Shown here in pieces: positions 51,201-64,000 of a stretch of 64,000 nt of DNA. Under the pieces are notes generated by a model that saw only the letters and a list, made by a program, of their open reading frames with translations, had not been told where the DNA came from and did no database searches. The position numbers and the translations under genes were made by a program. Origin of the DNA: Eledone cirrhosa (lineage: Eukaryota); the NCBI GenBank assembly GCA_964016885.1, contig OZ024743.1:254696001-254760000 (forward strand), read 5' to 3'. The first letter of the stretch is position 1; the number at the start of each line of letters is the position of its first letter.

Positions 51201-54200
51201 GGTGGTGATAACATTGTTGATGTAGGGAGGGGTGGTGATAACATTGTTGATGTAGGGGTGGTGGTAACATTGTTGATGTAGGGATGGTGATAATATTGTT
51301 GACGTAGGGGTGGTGGTAACATAGTTGTTGTAGGGTTGGTGATAACATTGTTGATGTAGGATTGGTGATAACATTGTTGATGTAGGGATCGTGATACATT
51401 GTTGATGTAGGTTGGTGGTAACATTGTTGATGTAGGGGTGGTGATAATATTCTTGATGTAGGAGGGGTGGTAACATAGTTGATGTAGGGAGGGCTGGTGA
51501 TAACATTGTTGATGTAGGGATGGTGATAACATTGTTGATGTAGGGTGGTGATAACATTGTTGATGTAAGGATGGTGATAATATTGTTGATGTAGGGGTGG
51601 TGATAATATTGTTGGTGTAGGGCTGGTGATAACATTGTTGATGTAGGGATGGTGATAACATTGTTGATGTAGGGGTGGTGATAACATTGTTGATGTAGGA
51701 GTGGTGGTAACATAGTTGATTTAGGGAGGGCTGGTGATAACATTGTTGATGTAGGTGTGGTGATAACATTGTTGATGTAGGGGGGAGTAACATTGTTGAT
51801 GTAGGGGTGGTGGTAACATTGTTGATGTAGGGATGGTGATAACATTGTTGATGTAGGTGTGGTGATAACATTGTTGATGTAGGGGGGGGTAACATTGTTG
51901 ATGTAGGGGTGGTGGTAACATTGTTGATGTAGGGATGGTGATAACATTGTTGATGTAGGCTGGTGGTAACATTGTTGATGTAGGGGTGGTGATAACATTG
52001 TTGATGTATGGGTGGTGGTAAAATAGTTGATGTAGGGAGGGCTGGTGATAACATTGTTGATGTAGGGAGGGGTTATGATAAAATTGTTGATGTAGGGATG
52101 GTGGTAACATTGTTGATGTAGGGATGGTGATAACATTGTTGATGTAGGGAGGGGTGGTAATAAAATTGTTGATGTAGGGGTGGTGATAACATTGTTGATG
52201 TAGGGGTGGTGATAACATTATTTATGTAGGGGTGGTGGTAACATTGTTGATGTAGGCATGGTGATAACATTGTTGATGTAGGGATGGTGATAACATTGTT
52301 GATGTAGGGGTGGTGGTACCATTGTTGATGTAGGAATGTTGATAACATTGTTGATGTAGGGATGGTGATAACATTGTTGATGTAAGGGGGTAACATTGTT
52401 GATGTAGGGAGGGGTGGTAACATTGTTGATGTAGGGGTGGTGGTAACATTGTTGATGTAGGGAGGGATTATGATAAAATTGTTGATGTAGGGATGGTGGT
52501 AACATTGTTGTTGTAGGGATGGTGATAACAATGTTGATGTAGGGGTGGTGGTAACATTATTGATATAAGGGTGGTGATAACATTGTTGATGTAGGGATCA
52601 TGGTAACATTGTTGATGTAGGGATGGTTGTAACATTGTTGATGTAGGGGTGGTGATAACATTGTTGATGTAGGGATGGTGATAACATTGTTGATGTAGGG
52701 ATGGTGATAACATTGTTGATGTAGGGCGGTGGTAACATTGTTGATGGAGGAATGTTGGTAACATTGTTGATGTAAGGGGGTAACATTGTTGATGTAGGGA
52801 GGGGTGGTAACATTGTTTATGTAGGGGTGGTGGTAACATTGTTGATGTAGGGGTGGGGATAATATTGATGATGTAGGGATGGTGATAACATTGTTGATGT
52901 AGGGGTGGTGGTAACATTGTTGATGTAGGGATGGTGATAAGATTGTTTATGTATGGGTCGTGATAATAATGTTGATGTATGGGTGGTGGTAACATTGTTA
53001 ATGTAGGGGGGTAACACTGTTGATGTAGAGAGGGGTGGTGATAACATTGTTGATGTAGGGGTGGTGATAACATTGTTGATGTATGGGTGGTGATAACATT
53101 GTTGATGTAGGGGTGGTGGTAACATTGTTGATGTATGGGTGGTGATAACATTGTTGATGTAGGGGTGGTGGTAACATAGTTGATGTAGGGTGGTGATAAC
53201 ATTGTTGATGAAGGGGGGGGGGGGTAACATTGTTGATGTATTTGGTGGTGGTGATAACATTGTTGATGTAGGAGTGGTGGTAACATTGCTGATGTAGGGG
53301 TGGTGATAACATAGTTGATGTAGGGGATGTTATAGCATTGTTGATGCAGGGGTGGTGATAACATTGTTGATGTAGTGGTGGTGTTAACATTGTTGATGTA
53401 GAGGTGGTGATAACATTGTTGATGTAGGGGTGGTGATAACATTGTTGATGTAGGGGTGGTGATAACATTGTTGATGTAGGGGTGGTGATAACATTATTGA
53501 TGTAGTGAGGGGTGGTGATAACATTGTTGATGTAGGGATGGTGATAACATTGTTGATGTAGGGGTGGTGGTAACATAGTTGTTGTAGGGATGGTGATAAC
53601 ATTGTTGATGTAGGATTGGTGATAACATTGTTGATGTAGGATTGGTGATACATTGTTGATGTAAGGTGGTGGTAACATTGTTGATGTAGGGGTGGTGATA
53701 ACATTGTTGATGTAGGAGTGGTGGTAACATAGTTGATATAGGGAGGGCTGGTGATAACATTGTTGATGTAGGGCAGGTAACATTGTTGATGTACGGTGGT
53801 AGTAACATTGTTGATGTAGGGATGGTGATAACATTGTTGATGTATGGTGGTGGTAACATTGTTGATGTAGGGGTGGTGGTAACATAGTTGATGTAGGGAG
53901 GGCTGGTGATAACATTGTTGATGTAGGGGTGGTGATAACATTGTTGATGTAGGGGTGGTGATAACATTGTTGATGTAGGGATGGTGGTAACATTGTTGAT
54001 GTAGTTATGGTGATAACATTGTTGATGTAGGGAGGGGTGGTGATAACATTGTTGATGTAGGGGTGGTGATAACATTGTTGATGTAGGGGGGTAACATTGT
54101 TGATGTAGGGAGGGGTTATGATAAAATTGTTGCTGTAGGGATGGTAGTAACATTGTTGATGTAGGGATGGTGATAACATTGTTGATGTAGGGGTTGTGGT

Positions 54201-57200
54201 AACATTGTTGATATAGGGGTGGTGATAACATTGTTGATGTAGGGATGGTGGTAACATTGTTGATGTAGGGATGGTGGTAACATTGTTGATGTAGTTGTGG
54301 TGATGACATTGTTGATGTAGGGATGGGTGGTGATAACATTGTTGATGTAGGGGTGGTGATAACATTGTTGATGTAGGGGTGGTGATAACATTGTTGATGT
54401 AGGGGTGGTGGTAACATTGTTGATGTAAGGATGGTGGTAACATTGTTGATGTAGGGGTGGTGATAATATTGTTGATGTAGGGCTGGTGATAACATTGTTG
54501 ATGTACGGATGGTGATAACATTGTTGATGTAGGGGTCGTGATAACATTGTTGATGTCGGGGTGGTGGTAACATTATTGTGGTAGGGGTGGTGATAACATT
54601 GTTGATGTAGGGGGGTAACATTGTTGATGTAGGGAGGGGTTATGATAAAATTGTTCATGTAGGGATGGTAGTAACATTGTTGATGTAGGGATGGTGATAA
54701 CATTGTTGATGTAGGGGTGGTGGTAACATTGTTGATATAGGGGTGGTGATAACATTGTTGATGTAGGGATGGTGGTAACATTGTTGATGTAGGGATGGTG
54801 ATAACATTGTTGATGTAGGGGTGGTGATAACATTGTTGTTGTAGGGATGGTGGTAACATTGTTGATGTAGTTGTGGTGATGACATTGTTGATGTAGGGAG
54901 GGGTGGTGATAACATTGTTGATGTAGGGGTGGTGATAACATTGTTGATGTAGGGGTGGTGATAACATTGTTGATGTAGGGGTGGTGGTAACATTGTTGAT
55001 GTAGGGATGGTGGTAACATTGTTGATGTAGGGATGGTGGTAACATTGTTGATGTAGTTGTGGTGATGACATTGTTGATGTAGGGGTGGTGATAACATTGT
55101 TGATGTAGGGATGGTGGTAACATTGTTGATGTAGGGATGGTGGTAACATTGTTGATGTAGTTGTGGTGATGACATTGTTGATGTAGGGAGGGGTGGTGAT
55201 AACATTGTTGATGTAGGGGTGGTGATAACATTGTTGATGTAGGGGTGGTGATAACATTGTTGATGTAGGGGTGGTGGTAACATTGTTGATGTAAGGATGG
55301 TGGTAACATTGTTGATGTAGGGGTGCTGATAATATTGTTGATGTAGGGCTGGTGATAACATTGTTGATGTACGGATGGTGATAACATTGTTGATGTAGGG
55401 GTGGTGATAATATTGTTGGTGTAGGGCTGGTGATAACATTGTTGATGTAGGGATGGTGATAAAATTGTTGATGTAGGGGTGGTGATAACATTGTTGGTGT
55501 AGGAGTGGTGGTAACATAGTTGATGTAGGGAGGGCTGGTGATAACATTGTTGATGTAGGTGTGGTGATAACATTGTTGATGTAGGGGGGGGGGTAACATT
55601 GTTGATGTAGGGGTGGTGGTAACATTGTTGATGTAGGGGTGGTGATAACATTGTTGATGTATGGGTGGTGGTAACATAGTTGTTGTAGGGAGGGCTGGTG
55701 ATAACATTGTTGATGTAGGGGGTAACATTGTTGATGTAGGGAAGGGTTATGATAAAATTGTTGATGTAGGGGTGGTGATAACATTGTTGATGTAGGGGTG
55801 GTGATAACATTGTTGATGTAGGGGTGGTGATAACATTGTTGATGTAGGGGTGGTGATAATAATGTTGATGTAGGGGTGGTGGTAACATTGTTTATGTAGG
55901 GGGGTAACATTGTTGATGTAGAGAGGGATGGTGATAACATTGTTGATGTAGGGGTGGTGATAACATTGTTGATGTAGGGGTGGTGGTAACATTGTTGATG
56001 TATGGGTGGTGATAACATTGTTGATGTAGAGGTGGTGGTAACATAGTTGATGAAGGGGGGGTAACATTGTTGATGTATGGAGGGGTGGTGATAACATTGT
56101 TGATGTAGAAGTGGTGGTAACATTGCTGATGTAGGGACGGTGATGCATTGTTGATGTAGGTGTGGTGGTAACATTGTTGATGTAGGGGTGGTGATAAAAT
56201 TGTCGATGTAGGGGTGGTTATAGCATTGTTGATGCAGGGGTGGTGATAACATTGTTGATGTAGGGGTGGTGTTAACATTGTTGATGTAGGGGTGGTGATA
56301 ACATTGTTGATGTAGGGCTGGTGATAACATTGTTGATGTAGGGGTGGTGATAACATTGTTGATGTAGGGGTGGTGATAACATTGTTGATGTAGGGAGGGG
56401 TGGTGATAACATTGTTGATGTAGGGGTGGTGGTAACATTGTTGATGTAGGGATGGTGATAATATTGTTGACGTAGGGGTGGTGGTAACATAGTTGTTGTA
56501 GGGTTGGTGATAACATTGTTGATGTAGGATTGGTGATAACATTGTTGATGTAGGGATGGTGATACATTGTTGATGTAGGTTGGTGGTAACATTGTTGATG
56601 TAGGGGTGGTGATAATATTCTTGATGTAGGAGTGGTGGTAACATAGTTGATGTAGAGAGGGCTGGTGATAACATTGTTGATGTAGGCGTTGTGATAACAT
56701 TGTTGACGTAGGGGGGGGGGGTAACATTGTTGATATAGGGGTGTTGGTAACATTGTTGATGTAGGGATGGTGATAACATTGTTGATGTAGGGTGGTGGTA
56801 ACATTGTTGATGTAGGGGTGGTGATAACATTGTTGATGTATGGGTGGTGGTAACATAGTTGATGTAGGGGTGGTGATAACATTGTTGATGTAAGGATGGT
56901 GATAACATTGTTGATGTAGGGGTGGTGATAATATTGTTGGTGTAGGGCTGGTGATAACGTTGTTGATGTAGGGATGGTGATAACATTGTTGATATAGGGG
57001 TGGTGATAACATTGTTGATGTAAGGATGGTGATAATATTGTTGATGTAGGGGTGGTGATAATATTGTTGGTGTAGGGCTGGTGATAACATTGTTGATGTA
57101 GGGATGGTGATAACATTGTTGATGTAGGGGTGGTGATAACATTGTTGATGTAGGAGTGGTGGTAACATAGTTGATTTAGGGAGGGCTGGTGATAACATTG

Positions 57201-60200
57201 TTGATGTATGGGTGGTGATAACATTGTTGATGTAGGGGTGGTGGTAACATTTTTGATGTATGGGTGCTGATAACATTGTTGATGTAGGGGTGGTGGTAAC
57301 ATAGTTGATGTAGGGTGGTGATAACATTGTTGATGAAGGGGGGGGGGGGGGAAACATTGTTGATGTATTTGGTGGTGGTGATAACATTGTTGATGTAGGA
57401 GTGGTGGTAACATTGCTGATGTAGGGGTGGTGATAACATAGTTGATGTAGGGGATGTTATAGCATTGTTGATGCAGGGGTGGTGATAACATTGTTGATGT
57501 AGTGGTGGTGTTAACATTGTTGATGTAGAGGTGGTGATAACATTGTTGATGTAGGGGTGGTGATAACATTGTTGATGTAGGGGTGGTGATAACATTGTTG
57601 AGGTAGGGGTGGTGATAACATTATTGATGTAGTGAGGGGTGGTGATAACATTGTTGATGTAGGGATGGTGATAACATTGTTGATGTAGGGGTGGTGGTAA
57701 CATAGTTGTTGTAGGGATGGTGATAACATTGTTGATGTAGGATTGGTGATAACATTGTTGATGTAGGATTGGTGATACATTGTTGATGTAAGGTGGTGGT
57801 AACATTGTTGATGTAGGGGTGGTGATAACATTGTTGATGTAGGAGTGGTGGTAACATAGTTGATATAGGGAGGGCTGGTGATAACATTGTTGATGTAGGG
57901 CGGGTAACATTGTTGATGTAGGGCGGTGGTAACATTGTTGATGTAGGGATGGTGATAACATTGTTGATGTATGGTGGTGGTAACATTGTTGATGTAGGGG
58001 TGGTGGTAACATAGTTGATGTAGGGAGGGCTGGTGATAACATTGTTGATGTAGGGGTGGTGATAACATTGTTGATGTAGGGGTGGTGATAACATTGTTGA
58101 TGTAGGGATGGTGGTAACATTGTTGATGTAGTTATGGTGATAACATTGTTGATGTAGGGAGGGGTGGTGATAACATTGTTGATGTAGAGGGGTAACATTG
58201 TTGATGTAGGGAGGGGTTATGATAAAATTGTTGATGTAGGGATGGTAGTAACATTGTTGATGTAGGGATGGTGATAACATTGTTGATGTAGGGGTGGTGG
58301 TAACATTGTTGATATAGGGGTGGTGATAACATTGTTGATGTAGGGATGGTGGTAACATTGTTGATGTAGGGATGGTGATAACATTGTTGATGTAGGGGTG
58401 GTGATAACATTGTTGATGTAAGGATGGTGATAATATTGTTGATGTAGGGGTGGTGATAATATTGTTGGTGTAGGGCTGGTGATAACATTGTTGATGTAGG
58501 GATGGTGATAACATTGTTGATGTAGGGGTGGTGGTAACATTGTTGATGTAAGGATGGTGGTAACATTGTTGATGTAGGGGTGGTGATAATATTGTTGATG
58601 TAGGGAGGGGTGGTGATAACATTGTTGATGTAGGGGTGGTGATAACATTGTTGATGTAGGGGTGGTGATAACATTGTTGATGTAGGGGTGGTGGTAACAT
58701 TGTTGATGTAAGGATGGTGGTAACATTGTTGATGTAGGGGTGGTGATAATATTGTTGATGTAGGGCTGGTGATAACATTGTTGATGTAGGGGTCGTGATA
58801 ACATTGTTGATGTCGGGGTGGTGGTAACATTATTGTGGTAGGGGTGGTGATAACATTGTTGATGTAGGGGTGTAACATTGTTGATGTAGGGAGGGGTTAT
58901 GATAAAATTGTTGATGTAGGGATGGTAGTAACATTGTTGATGTAGGGATGGTGATAACATTGTTGATGTAGGGGTGGTGGTAACATTGTTGATATAGGGG
59001 TGGTGATAACATTGTTGATGTAGGGATGGTGGTAACATTGTTGATGTAGGGATGGTGGTAACATTGTTGATGTAGTTGTGGTGATGACATTGTTGATGTA
59101 GGGAGGGGTGGTGATAACATTGTTGATGTAGGGGTGGTGATAACATTGTTGATGTAGGGAGGGGTGGTGATAACATTGTTGATGTAGGGGTGGTGGTAAC
59201 ATTGTTGATGTAGGGATGGTGATAATATTGTTGACGTAGGGGTGGTGGTAACATAGTTGTTGTAGGGTTGGTGATAACATTGTTGATGTAGGATTGGTGA
59301 TAACATTGTTGATGTAGGGATGGTGATACATTGTTGATGTAGGTTGGTGGTAACATTGTTGATGTAGGGGTGGTGATAATATTCTTGATGTAGGAGTGGT
59401 GGTAACATAGTTGATGTAGAGAGGGCTGGTGATAACATTGTTGATGTAGGCGTTGTGATAACATTGTTGACGTAGGGGGGGGTAACATTGTTGATATAGG
59501 GGTGTTGGTAACATTGTTGATGTAGGGATGGTGATAACATTGTTGATGTAGGGTGGTGGTAACATTGTTGATGTAGGGGTGGTGATAACATTGTTGATGT
59601 ATGGGTGGTGGTAACATAGTTGATGTAGGGGTGGTGATAACATTGTTGATGTAAGGATGGTGATAACATTGTTGATGTAGGGGTGGTGATAATATTGTTG
59701 GTGTAGGGCTGGTGATAACATTGTTGATGTAGGGATGGTGATAACATTGTTGATATAGGGGTGGTGATAACATTGTTGATGTAAGGATGGTGATAATATT
59801 GTTGATGTAGGGGTGGTGATAATATTGTTGGTGTAGGGCTGGTGATAACATTGTTGATGTAGGGATGGTGATAACATTGTTGATGTAGGGGTGGTGATAA
59901 CATTGTTGATGTAGGAGTGGTGGTAACATAGTTGATTTAGGGAGGGCTGGTGATAACATTGTTGATGTATGGGTGGTGATAACATTGTTGATGTAGGGGT
60001 GGTGGTAACATTGTTGATGTATGGGTGGTGATAACATTGTTGATGTAGGGGTGGTGGTAACATAGTTGATGTAGGGTGGTGATAACATTGTTGATGAAGG
60101 GGGGGGGGTAACATTGTTGATGTATTTGGTGGTGGTGATAACATTGTTGATGTAGGAGTGGTGGTAACATTGCTGATGTAGGGGTGGTGATAACATAGTT

Positions 60201-61740
60201 GATGTAGGGGATGTTATAGCATTGTTGATGCAGGGGTGGTGATAACATTGTTGATGTAGTGGTGGTGTTAACATTGTTGATGTAGAGGTGGTGATAACAT
60301 TGTTGATGTAGGGGTGGTGATAACATTGTTGATGTAGGGGTGGTGATAACATTGTTGAGGTAGGGGTGGTGATAACATTATTGATGTAGTGAGGGGTGGT
60401 GATAACATTGTTGATGTAGGGATGGTGATAACATTGTTGATGTAGGGGTGGTGGTAACATAGTTGTTGTAGGGATGGTGATAACATTGTTGATGTAGGAT
60501 TGGTGATAACATTGTTGATGTAGGATTGGTGATACATTGTTGATGTAAGGTGGTGGTAACATTGTTGATGTAGGGGTGGTGATAACATTGTTGATGTAGG
60601 AGTGGTGGTAACATAGTTGATATAGGGAGGGCTGGTGATAACATTGTTGATGTAGGGCGGGTAACATTGTTGATGTAGGGCGGTGGTAACATTGTTGATG
60701 TAGGGATGGTGATAACATTGTTGATGTATGGTGGTGGTAACATTGTTGATGTAGGGGTGGTGGTAACATAGTTGATGTAGGGAGGGCTGGTGATAACATT
60801 GTTGATGTAGGGGTGGTGATAACATTGTTGATGTAGGGGTGGTGATAACATTGTTGATGTAGGGATGGTGGTAACATTGTTGATGTAGTTATGGTGATAA
60901 CATTGTTGATGTAGGGAGGGGTGGTGATAACATTGTTGATGTAGGGGGGTAACATTGTTGATGTAGGGAGGGGTTATGATAAAATTGTTGATGTAGGGAT
61001 GGTAGTAACATTGTTGATGTAGGGATGGTGATAACATTGTTGATGTAGGGGTGGTGGTAACATTGTTGATATAGGGGTGGTGATAACATTGTTGATGTAG
61101 GGATGGTGGTAACATTGTTGATGTAGGGATGGTGGTAACATTGTTGATGTAGTTGTGGTGATGACATTGTTGATGTAGGGAGGGGTGGTGATAACATTGT
61201 TGATGTAGGGGTGGTGATAACATTGTTGATGTAGGGGTGGTGATAACATTGTTGATGTAGGGGTGGTGGTAACATTGTTGATGTAAGGATGGTGGTAACA
61301 TTGTTGATGTAGGGGTGGTGATAATATTGTTGATGTAGGGCTGGTGATAACATTGTTGATGTAGGGGTCGTGATAACATTGTTGATGTCGGGGTGGTGGT
61401 AACATTATTGTGGTAGGGGTGGTGATAACATTGTTGATGTAGGGGTGTAACATTGTTGATGTAGGGAGGGGTTATGATAAAATTGTTGATGTAGGGATGG
61501 TAGTAACATTGTTGATGTAGGGATGGTGATAACATTGTTGATGTAGGGGTGGTGGTAACATTGTTGATATAGGGGTGGTGATAACATTGTTGATGTAGGG
61601 ATGGTGGTAACATTGTTGATGTAGGGATGGTGGTAACATTGTTGATGTAGTTGTGGTGATGACAGTGTTGATGTAGGGAGGGGTGGTGATAACATTGTTG
61701 ATGTAGGGGTGGTGATAACATTGTTGATGTAGGGGTGGTG

Positions 61741-64000
61741 GAGGTGGTGGTGGTAGTGTTTGTTGTAATGGTGATCATGGTGGTGGTGGTGGTGGTAGTG
61801 TTTGTTGTAATGGTGATCATGGTGGTGGTGGTGGTAGTGTTTGTTGTAATGGTGATCATGCTGGTGGTGGTGGTGGTAGTGTTTGTTGTAATGGTGATCA
61901 TGGTGGAGGTGGTGTTGGTGATTGTGTTAGTGTTTGTTGTAATGGTGATCATGGTGGTGGTGGTGGTGGTGGTAGTGCATGTTGTAATGGTGATCTTGGT
62001 GGTGGTGGTGGTGGTAGTGTTTGTTGTAATGGTGATCATGGTGGAGGTGGTGGTGGTAGTGTGTGTTGTAATGGTGATCATGGTAGAGGTGGTGGTGGTG
62101 GTAGTCTTTGTTGTAATGGTGATCATGGTGGAGGTGGTGGTGGTAGTGTTTGTTGTAATGGTGATCATGGTGGAGGTGGTGGTGGTAGTGCTTGTTCTAA
62201 TGGTGATCATGGTGGAGGTGGTGGTGGTAGTCTTTGTTGTAATGGTGATCATGGTGGAGGTGGTGGTGGTAGTGTTTGTTGTAATGGTGATCATGGTGGA
62301 GGTGGTGGTGGTAGTGTTTGTTGTAATGGTGATCATGGTGGAGGTGGTGGTGGTAGTGTTTGTTGTAATGGTGATCATGGTGTAGGTGGTGGTGGTAGTG
62401 TTTGTTGTAATGGCGATCATGGTGGTGGGGTGGTGGTAGTGTTTGTTGTAATGGTGATCATGGTGGAGGTGGTGGTGGTAGTGCTTGTTGTAATGGTGAT
62501 CATGGTGGAGGTGGTGGTGGTAGTGTTTGTTGTAATGGTGATCATGGTGGAGGTGGTGGTGGTAGTGTTTGTTGTAATGGTGATCATCGTGGAGGTGGTT
62601 GTGGTGGTAGTGTTTGTTGTAATGGTGATCATGGTGCAAGTGGTGGTGGTGGTAGTGTTTGTTGTAATGGTGATCATGGTGGAGGTGGTGGTGGTAGTGT
62701 TTGTTGTAATGGTGATCATCGTGGAGGTGGTTGTGGTGGTAGTGTTTGTTGTAATGGTGATCATGTTGGTGGGGTGGTGGTAGTGCTTGTTGTAATGGTG
62801 ATCATCGTGGAGGTGGTTGGGTGGTAGTGTTTGTTGTAATGGTGATCATGGTGGTGGTGTTGATGGTGGGAGTGTTTGTGGTAATGGTGATCATGGTGGA
62901 GGTGGTGGTGGTAGTGTTTGTTGTAATGGTGATCATGGTGGTGTTGGTGGTGGTAGTGTTTGTTGTAATGGTGATCATGGTGGAGGTGGTGGTGGTGGTA
63001 GTGTTTGTTGTAATGGTGATCATGGTGGTGTTGGTGGTGGTAGTGCTTGTTGTAATGGTGATCATCGTGGAGGTGGTTGTGGTGGTAGTGTTTGTTGTAA
63101 TGGTGATCATGGTGGTGGTGGTGGTGGTGGGAGTGTTTGTGGTAATGGTGATCATGGTGGTGGTGGTGGTGGTGGTAGTGTTTGTTGAAATGGTGATCAT
63201 GGTGGAGGTGGTGGTGGTAGTGTTTGTTGTAATGGTGATCATGGTGGATGTGGTGGTGGTGTTTGTTGTAATGGTGATCATGGTGGAGGTGGTGGTGGTG
63301 TTGATAGTGCTTGTTGTAATGGTGATCATGGTGGTGGTGGTGGTGGTAGTGTTTGTTGTAATGATGATCATGGTGGTGGTGGTGGTAGTGTTTGTTGTAA
63401 TGGTGATCATGGTGGTGGTGGTGGTGGTAGTGTTTGTTGTAATGGTGATCATGGTGGTGGTGGTGGTAGTGTTTGTTGTAATGGTGATCATGGTGGTGGT
63501 GGTGGTAGTGTTTGTTGTAATGGTGGTCATGGTGGTGGTGGTGGTGGTAGTGTTTGTTGTAATGGTGATCATGGTGGTGGTGGTGGTAGTGTTTGTTGTA
63601 ATGGTGATCATGTTGGTGGTGGTGGTGGTAGTGTTTGTTGTAATGGTGATCATGTTGGTGGTGGTGGTGGTAGTGTTTGTTGTAATGGTGGTCATGGTGG
63701 TGGTGGTGGTGGTAGTGTTCGTTGTAATGGTGATCATGGTGGTGGTGGTGGTGGTAGTGTCTGTTGTAATGGTGATCATCGTGGAGGTGGTTGTGGTGGA
63801 AGTGTTTGTTGTAATGGTGATCATGGTGGTGGTGGTGGTAGTGTTTGTTGTAATGGTGTTCATGGTGGTGGTGGTGGTGGTAGTGTTTGTTGTAATGGTG
63901 GTCATGGTGGTGGTGGTGGTGGTAGTGTTCGTTGTAATGGTGATCATGTTGGTGGTGGTGTTAGTGTTTGTTGTAATGCTGATCATGTTGGTGGTGGTGG
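61741..64000. repeat. 39-45-bp minisatellite (GGT)5-7-AGTGTTTGTTGTAATGGTGATCAT, running off the window end
   Basis: Near-constant 24-bp core plus a variable GGT run. Confidence 0.95.

Larger units (their letters stand above)
21946..61740. repeat. 26-bp tandem array (~39.8 kb, roughly 1,500 units), consensus GTAGGGGTGGTGATAACATTGTTGAT
   Basis: Head-to-tail units in one orientation throughout, with variant units of ~20-30 bp that recur in higher-order blocks. Confidence 0.98.

Noticed and set aside
21946-61740. CRISPR-like repeat/spacer pattern
   Set aside because: The variable parts are short G-rich variants of one consensus, not unique spacers; no cas genes; eukaryotic context.
21293-63986. 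Dozens of long His/Pro/Thr-rich ORFs (up to 1321 aa) read as a mucin- or extensin-like gene
   Set aside because: Overlapping ORFs in all three frames give the same peptide, unit indels are not frame-preserving, there is no unique terminus or signal peptide, and SINEs interrupt them.

Overview
AT-rich eukaryotic repeat landscape with no confidently supported host gene. The SINE and RTE families look cephalopod (Octopus-like); this is my recognition, not a database result. Bases ~1-21.3 kb are nested retroelements, many inserted in (TA)n or (AAT)n tracts. They include a 5'-truncated Hydra-clade-like Penelope-like element (PLE) with an open GIY-YIG frame and an inverted pseudo-LTR, two small foldback elements carrying variant hammerhead ribozyme folds, and young RTE LINE fragments whose RT carries a C4HC3 (PHD-type) finger and whose 3' UTR is a repeated hairpin module. 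Also present are tRNA-head SINEs sharing that tail, Nin-domain-like SINEs, and decayed Helitron, RTE, R4/Dong and L1/Tx1 remnants. Bases ~21.9-61.7 kb are a ~40 kb G/T-strand-biased 26-bp tandem array (GTAGGGGTGGTGATAACATTGTTGAT, roughly 1,500 units) with kb-scale higher-order duplications, three co-amplified SINE copies with a 17-bp target-site duplication, and GGT-based flanks it probably grew out of. The long His/Pro/Thr-rich ORFs in the array are artefacts of a stop-free repeat unit.
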